Counted from the stretch's first letter, positions 1 through 11,552 are shown. The stretch: 64,000 bases of DNA from Cirrosporium novae-zelandiae (GCA_026023565.1 JAPETS010000022.1:434001-498000), one strand, 5' to 3'. Translations and numbers: made by a program. The notes: generated from the letters alone by a model not told the origin.

Positions 1-885
1 CAGATAATCGGCACCATTCCAAAACGAGTGTTCCAGCTTCAGCGATATTAGCCGTGTTGGAAGAAGAAGAGGTAGTATTGGTAGTGAAGTTGAGGGTATT
101 CAAGGGGATGCCAGTGGGCGTATTGAAACCAGTCTTTAATAAGTTTGCGATATTTTTAGACTGGGTGAGGAGAGCATTGACATTAGAGGTAGAGTTTGCA
201 AGATGAGATAGGGGCCCTGTGAGCAGGTCATAGGCACTCATCATGCCACCTAGGTAGCGAATGTTGGTTTCGAATAGACTGACACTGGTACTGGTATGTC
301 GAAAATCGATTGTAGGTATGTAGTCGAGAATTTGGTTGACGATATCAGGGAGTTCCATCACGAGAGCGGTACTGAGAGCGTCGACGGCGCTTGCACCTAC
401 ATAAAATGATTAGAAGGGACAACAGAGTGAAATAAAGGCTGCAATCGAGTTGTGGTTGCGGTAGTGGGAAAATTAGCAACACCCTCCTAATGATTTTTTT
501 TTCATCCTCGAGAATTATATGCAGTATCTAAGAGATTCTCGAGTCCTAGGACTGCAGAGTATGCTAATCAAACTAAAAGATCGCTCACCCCAACCATTTC
601 TATTAAAAGATATTAGTGTAAAATATGCTTAGTTTGTTGATACATGTTGTAAATTCACCTAGACTCTCCACAGGTATTAGACACAGGGAGCAGTTCGTCA
701 TAACCCCAGCAAAGGCTGCTATATCCATTCCAGGCAAATATAAAGGCCTCTTTAACTGCATCAGCTCTTTCCTTACTCTGTCTCTTAACGATAGTATGTG
801 GGGTATAGGTTGGCGCTCCAAGGACGCCGATTTGAAGGAGAATGATAGACCCTAGGCCCACCAAAGGCATAGAAGAGAAGTGCAT
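1..885 (-). CDS. Secreted class I alpha-1,2-mannosidase (GH47), 5' part; runs off the window edge
   Basis: Signal peptide, then RADAVKEAFIFAWNGY..CWGYDELLPVS. Spliced through an 11-nt exon (599-589) it gives SRNGWGASAVDALSTALVM..., then SLFETNIRYLGGMMSAYDLL, all typical GH47 motifs. Introns at about 658-600 and 588-397. Confidence 0.9.
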
Positions 886-1612
886 GTTTGTTGAGCAAAG
901 GCTCGTGCCTCATGTATAGGGAATTGATACAATAATCAACCAAGGGAATGATAGAAGGTACCAAGGAGCGGATAAGAATAGAACAACGTGAAGAGAATGA
1001 AAGGACAGCGAAAGCGTATAGGAAAGTAAAAATCAAAACAATCGAGAGAAAAGCATTATCAATAAATAGCTTGACCAGAGAAATATCCTTGTGAGGAATA
1101 TCTAGGAGCAAGGATGGAAGGAAGCACGAGTTCATGGGTGGTCATATTGACGATATATTCTACTTTTGGTGTATGAATGGAAATGATGACGGAGAAGCTG
1201 CAGGTCCGGTGGATTTATCTTGTGATAGGACCATAACCTGCGTGATGTTAGATTAGGGGTGCGGATCTGGGAAAGAGGTTGATGGGTGTGGTCGATGTGG
1301 TTGGCCAAAATTGGTGTGGTGGGCTAAAGTTGGGAGGGTCCCCCGTGGTAGCGTAATTGATCCCGTTCGGTCCGACGCGCCGCCCCTTTACATACAATGC
1401 ACTCACACCGTGACACCTAATCAATCTACCCCTCAGCGCTATCAGCAAGATATCAGTGAGACACCAGGTACCAACCATGTAAATCTTCTCCTTTTTGTAA
1501 ACAACCCTCTCAATTGTTTATCTATTGAAATAATGTTCGAAACAGAGCAGGGGATCAATCGCTTTATCGTCAAAAGGAGGAAACAATTCCAGTTAGACCA
1601 CGAGATCTGGAT

Positions 1613-2823
1613 TCATTTAACATGTATTGAATATATTTCATCCGGCTCTTCTGGATTTGTTTTCCCTCCGACGAGATGATGTTTGCACTCCTGGTATCAT
1701 ATTTCCATCAATCATGACTTTTACAAGGAAATATTTAATATACTTACCTCACAGCTTAGATAAATATCCTCTTTCAATCCAACCTCTGCTTCGTATCCTA
1801 GGATCTTCTTTGCCTTGTTCCCGCTCATGTATTCGATACTACACCTATCCCCGATACTACCTCAACTCAATATCATTCATTACTCTAGTAAGCTAGGTCC
1901 AGATATCAGTCAAGGTGCTGATACTTCCGCAACCCGCTACGGGATTCTCACTTCAGACAGTGGATGTCCAGATTCCCTCCAAGCCGTATGTTGGAATTAT
2001 CTGAATGCAATTGGTTCATCTTGTATGAAAAAGAGCTCTCCAGCTGCTATAGGATGAGAGGAAAGGTTATTTTGGGCAGCAAGGCCATGAGCATGGGCAA
2101 CATTAGGCGCATATGAAACGTCCCAAAGCTTTAGGCCCAAGTCGATGATAAAAGGCGTCTCACGTTTGTGGATGCAAATATGTATTAGCAGTATGAGTTT
2201 GTAATCATTTAAATCAAATAAGATTGAGGGACACAAGATGCAAGTAAAAAAGGTAGCATCGGAGGCAGAGAGAATTGTAGAATATAGATCCAGCGTGAGT
2301 CTATGCATATAAGGTAAGTAGTTAGATCATCAAAGGAATCCTAGAATGACGGGCATTATCAGAGGCAAAGACCTTGGATTCACCGTAAATAAGAGCTTTC
2401 ATCTCTATTAGGATACTCCCGATTCATGTCACTTGTCACCGTACAGCAGCTGCTTGTATATATAAAAGCCCTAAGACATTTTTTTTTTGCTACCTATAGC
2501 ACGTTTCTTGTGCCTTTGGCATTAACCATCTTATTTTCCATCCTAATTCTTTCTCATATCGATGGCTAGGTGAAGGGGTAGACCCAACCATATAAATTAC
2601 CACCGCAGGTTTTGTATTCGCAGGCGCAGAAGCAATTGAGAGAAAAGATGTGACATCGCCACAAATATACCCCACAGCTGAGCGGATGAAGTTTGGGTCT
2701 AGCTTGCGGAGATCGAAGACGATGGTACGACAATTGGGATGATGTTTGCAAAAGGAATCGATAATGTGGAACCCAACGAAACTCTCCACCAGTTATGAAT
2801 ACATTTGAAGTAGGCGAAGCCAT
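1613..2823 (-). pseudogene. Decayed 3-beta-hydroxysteroid dehydrogenase / ERG26-like extended SDR
   Basis: Collinear fragments in different frames: MASPTSNVFITGG / ESFVGFHII (Rossmann start, frameshifted), YICGDVTS, WDVSYAPNVAHAHGLAAQN...AAGELFFIQDEPIAFR, and MSGNKAKKILGYEAEVGLKE. Multiple stops and frameshifts. Confidence 0.75.
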
Positions 2824-3274
2824 TAAAAGGATATCATATTCGGTGTAAAATAAATGATTGGGATGCCACGGGAGGGTTATGACTAGATTGCTGATGGAAA
2901 GATGCAATGATATTTACTACGGTACTACATCCCTTTGCAAGAGGTTGACATGGCCTTCCTCTCCGTTGCAGAAGTGGAAATGTTAGCGAATAATATGCCT
3001 AGAGATATCAATTAATTAGCATCCATTCATTTCCGCACTTGTATGCATTGGATTGGAGACGAATCTCCCTCGCCAACAAGGTATATAAAGCTTCTTTCCT
3101 CGGGGTGATGATATACGTCATTATGTATATTCCCGTAGACTTTCTCCGCCTATGATCTCCGAGGTACTGTACAAAACCATAATGTCAAGACTCCTCTAGT
3201 ATCATGTTCAACTGATGATATATTTCTGCTACTACCCATCCAATCTCTTGAGTTAATAACAATAATCTACTATT

Positions 3275-4170
3275 ATGGCCACTCGTGTTGGGGTGAGCTC
3301 CTGCTACCTCTGATGGTGTTCACGAGGGCAAAATCCAAGAGTCACGAGGGAAAAATTGGAGATCTTGACACATACATTGCTGAACCTGAGAACAAATCAA
3401 AGATCAAAAACAGTAGTTGCCATTGTGGATGGTGAGTTTGCCTTAGATGCAATACAACCCCAAAGAATTAAGCTAATCTTCCAACTGTCTTCGGCTGAAA
3501 AGCAAAAACGTTTGGCTCCTTGTAGATAATTACACTAAGGCCAGATTATATTGCTATTTCCCCAGTATTCACCATGTGAGGCTCGTTACCTCTCGAGTTT
3601 TGGCAAAGTGTGGAACCTCCCCTAAAAGAATGAGAGAACCTTAGCTTAGTTAAAAAGGGGAATAACTAAGCTGTTGTTGTTACCACGTTCCCTCCATAGT
3701 TAATCAAGCATCGAGGAGTTACAAAACCGATTATCGACGGCTTCATCAATGCTGTAAGTCTAATTCTAGGGGCCAATAAGATCGTGACTATTGGATTTTG
3801 CTGGGCGCATGATATTATATCCTCAAGGTCCATGGGCAGGGAAAGAATGCGGAGGGGAATCTGTCGGAGGTGTCGATACTGCCTATACTACTTATCACCC
3901 ATCCTCGGCCAATTTGACCCGGTGACCAAACCGGCGAGTTTACCTGTTAGAGAAAAGGATAGCTTGCTGGATATGGGTATCGTAGGTAAATTCGGGAAAT
4001 TTTTAGACATAAAAGCAATGTCCCCATAAGCTGCGCATATATCTAAACCAAGTGCATGGATTTGCATTGCGGGCAGACCAGAGTAGTGAAAAGGACAAGA
4101 AACCCGTGAGTGATGCTGAAACACAAGGGGTTGAATGATTCAATAAGCATCTTGCATAGTTTTTCAATTT
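3275..4170 (+). pseudogene. Decayed dienelactone hydrolase family gene
   Basis: MATRVGVSSC..., HEGKIGDLDTYIAEP, nucleophile motif IGFCW (about 3790) and QVHGFALRAD (about 4050), interrupted by many stops and frameshifts. End is approximate. Confidence 0.75.
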
Positions 4171-4675
4171 AGGAATCTCTTCCTATATCTGTATGATAGT
4201 TTATGCTGTATATCAGCAGTACAAAAAGTTGGTGGCATGGCGGTTGAAGCTATCCGAAGAAAGCGCATAGCCAGTTTTGGCATCTTAAAGCCATTACGAA
4301 GTGTAATATCGTCAAGGGTATCTTCATCCTCCAGCGCCACGGCATACGCGCTATAGAATATGAAAGGTAAAGATAATAACCTCCCTCATTACTGTTGTTG
4401 ATCTTACTTTGTGTCCAAACTCTGAGCATCTGCAACTTATGTCACTCGCAAAGCCAACCTTCATATCGATGGATTGCAGGAAATTGATGACTCTGGATGC
4501 GTAGGAGAGTTCTCCCCCCACTAGAATTGGTATGCGAAACCTTCGTGTACTATCAGCAAAATGTCGAAGACTAGCGTGCCTGTTGCGTACTCGAGTAGGT
4601 CGGCTTATAATCATCAAGGACAGAGTATCGAATCCGTGATTCTCTAAGCTCCGAGCTTCTATCTTGGAATGGTAT

Positions 4676-5428
4676 TTAATATTCTTTCTCAAAAGTTTTT
4701 TGAATAGGTTTCGCAGCCTTGTATTCAATCAGCATATACTCCACCCTAAAACCTTCATCGATATACTCACATCAATAAATTTCTCCAGATCATTATCCAG
4801 GTTTGCCAAATCATCTTTCCGTTTCTTATTCTCTGCAATCAAGCGTTGCTTCCTCTTAAGCAGATCTTGTCGTTGGCGTTCAAGTGCTTCCCGTTCCACA
4901 TGCTCATGTTCGATACGCGCCATCATTAATGTGTGGTCATCATCGTCGGTATGCTCAGGATGGAGTTCCATGAATTGCTCCTCGGAGATTAATGGAAGCT
5001 TCGTGTATTTGTGGCTAGTAAAGGTCAGGTATATTCATATCAAGGACTGGAAAAAGACGATGGGTTACATACTCGTAGGATTCACAGGCTGCGATTTCTC
5101 CCAGAAGATGCTTCTGCTCGTAGTATAAATTTTGTAATTGTAGATGCAACCGATCAATTTCTTGTCTGGCCTGAGCGGTAGATTGCTTCGTTTGTCTAAC
5201 GGCGAATATGGCATTGCGATTTAGGCCTTTAAGTTGGGCGAGACTTGCGAAAAGAAGTTTCTGCTGCTTTGAGAATTCTAGTTGTATTTCCTTCGAAGCT
5301 GGTTCTGTTGAAGTGGTTGGATGAGATTCAAGGTAGTTGAGTAGACTTAGACATTGCTCTCGTGCAGAGTGTGTGGACCCAAGAACCTTTTGGAGGAAGG
5401 GATCAGTGACAACATCTTGAACAGTCAT
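4676..5428 (-). CDS. THO complex subunit 5 / Fms-interacting-protein-like, 3 exons
   Basis: ARQEIDRLHLQLQNLYYEQKHLLGEIAAC, LPLISEEQF and HTLMMARIEHE motifs. Two GT-AG introns join ORFs 5015-5494 and 4729-4971 and a last exon AAKPIQKLFEKEY*. Confidence 0.8.
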
Positions 5429-5915
5429 TTTGAGGGTAGTTTGTTGTTTAGTAGTTATGTATGTTATGTATTGACCATGGATGGTATTTAGCACGCGGGA
5501 GGATCAGCTCTTGTTGTAGGGCTGAGATTACACTCCGACATTATGGAAACCGATTACCGTACGAAACCAACTACTTTTACAAGAACAGTAACAGTAAAAC
5601 TTGCTCAAATCCTATGGACAACAAACTAATTTCAATCAAAAACATTACCCTTATCTCGAATATTATCGCACTTGGAAGTCTCCCAAAGCAGATTGAGTTA
5701 TCGGATAGGTGTCTAAGATGGCTATGGTTGAATCCCACTTTAACCAGTAGGATGCCTTATATTGTTCCTCCTCGACATACTATTCCCATGGCGCTGATAA
5801 GCTAGCTGATATATACAGTACAAGATAGGACCAAGAAAATAGGGTAAAAAGGTGAAGGGTCCCCCGAAGGTCTATCCGACCTTCTAAATAGATAAAACAA
5901 GCATACACGTACACC

Positions 5916-7706
5916 CTAATCCCAATATCGAATGGTCCCATCCTCGCCTGCCGTGGCAACCTTACTTGTCTCCTGCGGATGCCACTGTACGCATGTAACC
6001 GCCTTCTTTCCTGCACCTTTCTTCCCGTCTCCTCCGGCACCTACACTCAGTTTTTGCACTTGCCGCCCAGTTTTCCAGTCCCAGAACCAGGCGTACCCGT
6101 AGGCGTCGCCGCTAGCGATGAGACCCCCATCCGGACTGATGCTCACATCGACGCCGTAGCCAGCGGTATTGTGGCCTCTGAACGCTTTCTTTTTGTTCTG
6201 TCGGAACCGATCCGTGGCAGCGTAGACATGGATCTCGTTGTTCCCAGCCTGGAAGGCGACGTATTTCCCGCTGGGGTGTGGACAAGCACGGGACATGGCA
6301 AACATATCGGGTTCGGCGACACGCTTAATGGGGACGGGGATATCAAATTCCCAGGCGAGGAGGGAGCGGTCGTCAGATGTAGAGAGGAAGCGCCGTGCAT
6401 TGTCGACAAAGGTGAGAGTGTTTACGGGACCGAGATGATGGTCGTATTCTTGGGTGAGTTCGCCGCTGCGGACATCGTATTGGACGATTTTCTTGTCGGA
6501 CATGCCAGCAAGGAAGACGGATGCGTTCGCGGGGTCTGGGTTGAAGGCTAGACAGTGGGGGATTTTACCTGTAGTGAATTTGCTGATGCAGGTGCCGGTT
6601 TCCGTATCCCATAGTTTCATGTAGCGGTCATAAGAGGAAGAGAGAAATGTTTTGCCGTCCAGAGGGGCGAATTGTGCATCTGTAAGGCCACGCGAATGGC
6701 CGGAGAAGGTTCGTAGGAGTTCGTGGTTATGGCGGTAAATGTCGTAGATTTTGACGGTAGAATCTGCAGAGGCTGAAAGGAGAAGATGGCCAGCGGAGGG
6801 GAAGAAGCGAAGGGCGGTGACAGCTGCAGTGTGCTCTTTCCAGGTATGGATGAGTTTCTTGGGGACGTAGTTCTTGACGCTATCAGGCTGAGCGCGAAGG
6901 TCAATGTCCAAATCTTGTGGGATGTGCATATATGTCCGGCCTTGGTAGTCAAATTGCTCAGATCCATGGAATTTCGATGATTCTTGAACACTGACGTCGC
7001 TAGCATAGTCCGTTCCTGTCTTGGGGCCAGCGGGCATCAAACTAGGAACAACAGAGTCCTCTTCTTCTTCCACGTATTCTTCATCGCTGGCGAGCTCTTC
7101 TTCAGAATCGGCGTCTCGATCTTCATACATTATGTCATTTTGATATTTTGCCCACGGGCCAGCCCATTCATCAACATCACCGGGATCTCCTTTCTTCTGT
7201 CGTTTGCGCCGGATTGCTTCACTGTCAGCTTTTGTCGGGCGCATTTGTATAACGTCGCGGCCACCGAGTCGTGTTGCCTTTTCTAAATCACCAACATAGC
7301 CATTATTTGTAGGATCCCTTGTATATCCTAAACTCTGAAAAGTCCGATGTTGAACGGTAAAGGTCGCGTCAGATATGGAGGTTTCTTCAGCATGTCCGGT
7401 GAGAACGTTCTTCCTCTTCAAGGTTCCAGCTGGTTTAAAAGGGTTCTGAGGCCCTTGTGAAGGCTTTGAGAGATTATCATAGGTGATATTATAGGTTAAT
7501 TGGGTATCAGTTGGTTTAGCCAACATCATCTGCATTTGCATTGGGTCCTGTTGGATGTTAGGAATAATCCAAGGTACCATTGAGGGTAGTGGATACTTAA
7601 CCTCTAATGAGACATCTGGAGCAGCGACAACAGGCGCAGCAGTAGGGACGGTTGTAGTTTCATCATCGCTACTGGAGTCATAGTTGGCACCAAGTAAAGA
7701 AGTCAT
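5916..7706 (-). CDS. CDC40: Pre-mRNA splicing factor Prp17/Cdc40 (WD40)
   Basis: FHGSEQFDYQGRTYMHIP, then WD40 repeats ending WHPQETSKVATAGEDGTIRYWD. Likely ATG at 7706; a 54-nt in-frame intron is predicted at 7601-7548. Confidence 0.93.
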   Translation of the reverse strand: MTSLLGANYDSSSDDETTTVPTAAPVVAAPDVSLEVKYPLPSMVPWIIPNIQQDPMQMQMMLAKPTDTQLTYNITYDNLSKPSQGPQNPFKPAGTLKRKNVLTGHAEETSISDATFTVQHRTFQSLGYTRDPTNNGYVGDLEKATRLGGRDVIQMRPTKADSEAIRRKRQKKGDPGDVDEWAGPWAKYQNDIMYEDRDADSEEELASDEEYVEEEEDSVVPSLMPAGPKTGTDYASDVSVQESSKFHGSEQFDYQGRTYMHIPQDLDIDLRAQPDSVKNYVPKKLIHTWKEHTAAVTALRFFPSAGHLLLSASADSTVKIYDIYRHNHELLRTFSGHSRGLTDAQFAPLDGKTFLSSSYDRYMKLWDTETGTCISKFTTGKIPHCLAFNPDPANASVFLAGMSDKKIVQYDVRSGELTQEYDHHLGPVNTLTFVDNARRFLSTSDDRSLLAWEFDIPVPIKRVAEPDMFAMSRACPHPSGKYVAFQAGNNEIHVYAATDRFRQNKKKAFRGHNTAGYGVDVSISPDGGLIASGDAYGYAWFWDWKTGRQVQKLSVGAGGDGKKGAGKKAVTCVQWHPQETSKVATAGEDGTIRYWD

Positions 7707-7980
7707 GGTTGCCGGCACAAGTATTTGGATGAAGTGGTGATAGCTATCATCAGTATGAATTGACCTTAAGTTACCTACCACGCTAGTCCCAAAATAAGCA
7801 GGAATCAAACTCAGATCTTCACTATTTGTGTTGGGGATTAAAAGTGCGATGTAAAAAGGAAGCAGATTTGTAGAGGAAGAGGTCCTAGCTATACTCCGCA
7901 CAAACGCTCTGTGCTCAAAATTAATTCTAATGGTAGCTACAATTAACAGGAAAGACAACAACACAGCAGTTCTATAATGA

Positions 7981-8166
7981 TTTTTCGGAGGCCGAAGGTG
8001 AGTCGCAATATATATTCAAACAGGCGACTCACCCTCGGGTTTTCAAACAAAATCAGTTTTCAATAATAATTTAATTTGAAAGCCTTTTTAAAGCCTAAAA
8101 GATGAAAGGTATTTTTTTGACAGCCTCCCCAGGAAAAATAATTATAAAAAGAATTGGTGAGTCCCT
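7981..8166. mobile_element. Degenerate copy of the MITE family seen at 35368-35573
   Basis: Shares TTTCAATAATAATT..TTTGAAAGCC and CTCCCCAGGAAAAATAAT..AAAAAGAATT.GTGAGTCCC with the 35.4 kb element. No intact TIRs. Confidence 0.65.
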
Positions 8167-8852
8167 AGGTCCCTAGGTCCCTAGGTACAGTATACAGTAC
8201 AATACAGTTGCCTAGGAACATTAATTAGTGGTCTTTTCAGTTTGCACAGTTTGCATTCCATTTGTGTGGTTTGCAAATCCGTTCTAAACCTAGCGGCGGA
8301 TAGTTTCTCCATTCCCTGCCACGAGCTGGCCCGGGTGGATAGTTAACTCTATTGGAAAAGACTCTAAACGACTCTAACGGCGAACCCCATACTTTTAGGA
8401 TTCTATACGTACTAAAACCGTGTAAACTATTCCTACCTTGCTCCATTCCACCTGACACTCAACCCCTTCCCATTGCTTCAAAATACCAAAAGTATGGGTC
8501 TTGACTTTTCTAGCATGAACCATGTATCCACCTCCTACTACATAGTATGAAAAGAATCCAAGGCAGCCTGAAATGGCCTCGCCAAACCCCCAAGGAGTAC
8601 CCAACTTGACATGTGTGTTTCGGGAATAATTGGTGCTAGAAGTCATATCGGATGGGGCATCTTGAAAGAGCTTAGCATCTTAGGTAAAAGGGCCAGAACG
8701 CGAATTACCCGATGCAACTCCAGTGTTCCTTCGAAATGGGGGCACACCACTCGTCTAGTACACAGTATACACCGTATACACCCAGTTTCTGGTCTCTCTT
8801 AACTTTCATTAACCCTGAAACATTCAAGGGATACTTTTTATAAGAAAAAAAC

Positions 8853-9869
8853 ATGGCTACTCGAGAAACCACACAATCATCACAAGATATAACTGAGGAC
8901 TCTCCGGATACATTAGAAGTCGACACTTCGGAAAGTAATAGCACCCTGGACGATGACCACAAGATCCATGCAGACTCTGAGAATGATTCCTACAGCTTCC
9001 GATATGAGAATGGCCGCCGATTCCACCACTACAACAATGCTGCATACCACCTCCCCAATGACGAGCTCGAAAGTGAACGCCTAGACCTGCAGCATCAATT
9101 ATGGCTCATCGCGCTAGATGGAAAACTACACCTAGCTCCCATTTCTCAAGATATCAAGACCGCCCTTGACATTGCGACAGGAACTGGCATCTGGGCTCTG
9201 GATTTTGCAGACCAATATCCTGAGTGCAAAGTCATCGGCACAGATCTAAGTCCTATCCAACCAACACTGAACCTCCCCAATTGCAGCTTCATAGTGCAAG
9301 ACTCGCACGAAGAAGTCTGGAATTATGACCACAAATTCGATTTCATCCACTCCCGCATGGTCCTCTTCGGGTGGCGCGACTGGAGCCGATACTTCAGACA
9401 GGCATATAAAAACCTGAACCCAGGAGGGTGGTTGGAGATCCAAGAATTTTCGTTCCCCTTTGAATGCCCCGACGGTAGCTGCTCGATAGAAGATCCTGCC
9501 ATCAGGTGGACTCAACTAGTCGTCGAAGCAGCGGCCAAAAACGGCGTCAATCTGCGCGCCTTCAAGGACTGGGGAAGGCAGATGCAAGAAGCTGGATTCG
9601 TCGACATCCACTACAAAGCTTTACGATTTCCTGTCAATCCCTGGGGGAAAGGGAAGAAAGCAAAGTTAATGGGTCGGCTAGGTCTACGGGACGCCTTAAA
9701 TGGCTGTTCAGGAATTACCATGCGACCTTTAACCAAGTTCTTGGGGTGGACCCCAGAAGAGGTTGATGAACTGGTAGAGGCTGCCAAGGAACAAATGCTC
9801 GATCGAAATATACACGTATTCATGCCCATCTATGTTCTTTATGCAAGGAAACCGGAAACGGAGGTTTAA
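8853..9869 (+). CDS. SAM-dependent methyltransferase, LaeA-like/TAM family, intronless
   Basis: YENGRRFH, LPNDELESERLDLQH, LDIATGTGIWALDFA, VIGTDLSPIQP, FDFIHSR and LNPGGWLEIQE motifs in an uninterrupted 338-aa ORF. Confidence 0.92.
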   Translation: MATRETTQSSQDITEDSPDTLEVDTSESNSTLDDDHKIHADSENDSYSFRYENGRRFHHYNNAAYHLPNDELESERLDLQHQLWLIALDGKLHLAPISQDIKTALDIATGTGIWALDFADQYPECKVIGTDLSPIQPTLNLPNCSFIVQDSHEEVWNYDHKFDFIHSRMVLFGWRDWSRYFRQAYKNLNPGGWLEIQEFSFPFECPDGSCSIEDPAIRWTQLVVEAAAKNGVNLRAFKDWGRQMQEAGFVDIHYKALRFPVNPWGKGKKAKLMGRLGLRDALNGCSGITMRPLTKFLGWTPEEVDELVEAAKEQMLDRNIHVFMPIYVLYARKPETEV

Positions 9870-11054
9870 CGGAAAAAAAAAGTTTACATCCGACGGACCA
9901 AGAGTCTGATTTATCTTCTTTTCATTTCGCTTGGCTGGCTCCTATATCTATCTTTATGGATTATACATGTTATATATACATATCCTCTTCTACATTATCA
10001 GACACACGATAGACGTTGATAACGAGCAATGATGGACAACAAAAGAATTTTGATTTTACAAACCCATCAATTCATTGATTCATTATCCATCCACACAACC
10101 AATCAAACCCATCAAAATCGTCATACAAAAAAAGAGCAAGGAAAAATTTCATGAAGAAAACAACATGGCGTCATTACCATTTGGTTCCATTTGGTTCCAA
10201 TACAAAAAAAACCTCCTTCATCCCTACCACCCCCCTTCCACAACTACACACACAACATCTTAACAAATCCCCATTATTCATTCTCCATCCTCCCATCCCC
10301 TATTCAACATCTTGAAACCATCATCACATGCCCAACAAATCAGCCAACCACCCACCCAAACAAACAAAACAAACAAACAAACCACCTCACCCATGCCCAT
10401 ACATAGTAATTAATCAACACAAAAGAAACCAAGATCGACAATTTGTGGCTTGGCCCCAAATTCGTTTCCTTTTACTTAAAATAATAAAATATTTTAGCAA
10501 CTCATCAAGCTAAAATAGTTTTTTCCTAAGTAAAGTAACTAATCAAGCTGATGATTGATTAGTAAATCCGAAAAAAAAATCCCGCGGGCGCCGCGCGCTG
10601 GCTGCTCCCCTAGCCCTGAGTACCACCTAGTGCCACCCGATCAGGTCGATCGGTCGATCGGACGGCCGAATGGGGAGCGGAGGACCTTATTTACACACTT
10701 GTTGGTCTCAGAACGATAAAATAATTCCTAGTACAGTACCGTGGGTGGAGGCTCCACGTGAAATTTAACGATACCTAAGTGTCGGATGCCATAAATACTA
10801 GGTTGGATTTGATCCTCGAGCGCTAGTGATTGGTCATACTGGTATCGTACCTAACGCAAATTACCGGGAGTTGGTCACCCACCAAAAATTTACTTTTTAT
10901 ATTATTCACTTCACCAATCATTCTTATTATTTTAACAACTGGAGCTACTAGAGATTTGATATTTCTATTTATTTATTTGTTTGTTAAAACTGTTATTGTA
11001 TATTTCTTGTTAATATTTTGATTGTGACGCGTGTTTAGAATGCCTGTAAAAATT

Positions 11055-11330
11055 CTGACTGAGAAGTTGTTGATTGAGGCGTGTACTGACTCAGCTTGCG
11101 ATTGAGCTTTTGACTGAGGATTGTACTGAGGTACCGAGGTACTGACTAAGGCTCTGACAGAGGTCCTGACTGAGACTCGCCCTGAGGCTTCTACCAAGCT
11201 TGTACTGAGCTTGCATTGAGGCTTCTACTGAGCCTCTGACTAAGGTTTGTACTCAGGCTTTGACTGAGGCTCTAACTAAGCTTCTGACTGAGTTTCTACT
11301 TTCGAAAGTACTAAAGTTACAACTGAAGCT
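11055..11330. repeat. Degenerate minisatellite, about 11-12-bp unit (consensus near ACTGAGGCTT(C/G)T)
   Basis: Roughly 20 diverged tandem units such as actgaggattgt, actgagcttgc, actgagcctctg and actgaggctcta. Confidence 0.7.
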
Positions 11331-11552
11331 CCCATTAATTAAACATCCCTACTCGAGTACTAAGGTTCTAATTAAATGTTTTATCTGGAAGCTCTCGCAT
11401 TAAGATTTTAATTAACAATAATAGGGAATGGTTGGTGAAGAAGTGGATGGATGATACAGGTAGTAGATTTTTGATGGGTGATCAATTCTGGTAACTGGCC
11501 AACTCTACTCGTGTAATTAGGTAACTTATGAACTTGTTAATTACGTAGTAGA

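Noticed and set aside
5500..5560. GCTGAGATTACACT resembles part of a fungal TPP riboswitch
   Set aside because: The downstream CTTGATC..TAAT..GCG elements are missing, it is antisense to the neighbouring gene, and no thiamine gene is nearby.
7707..7964. N-terminal 86-aa extension of the 682-aa CDC40 ORF
   Set aside because: It begins at a non-ATG codon in a eukaryote; the first ATG is at 7706.
11055..11330. CRISPR-like array
   Set aside because: This is eukaryotic DNA; the units are short and contiguous, with no unique spacers or cas genes.
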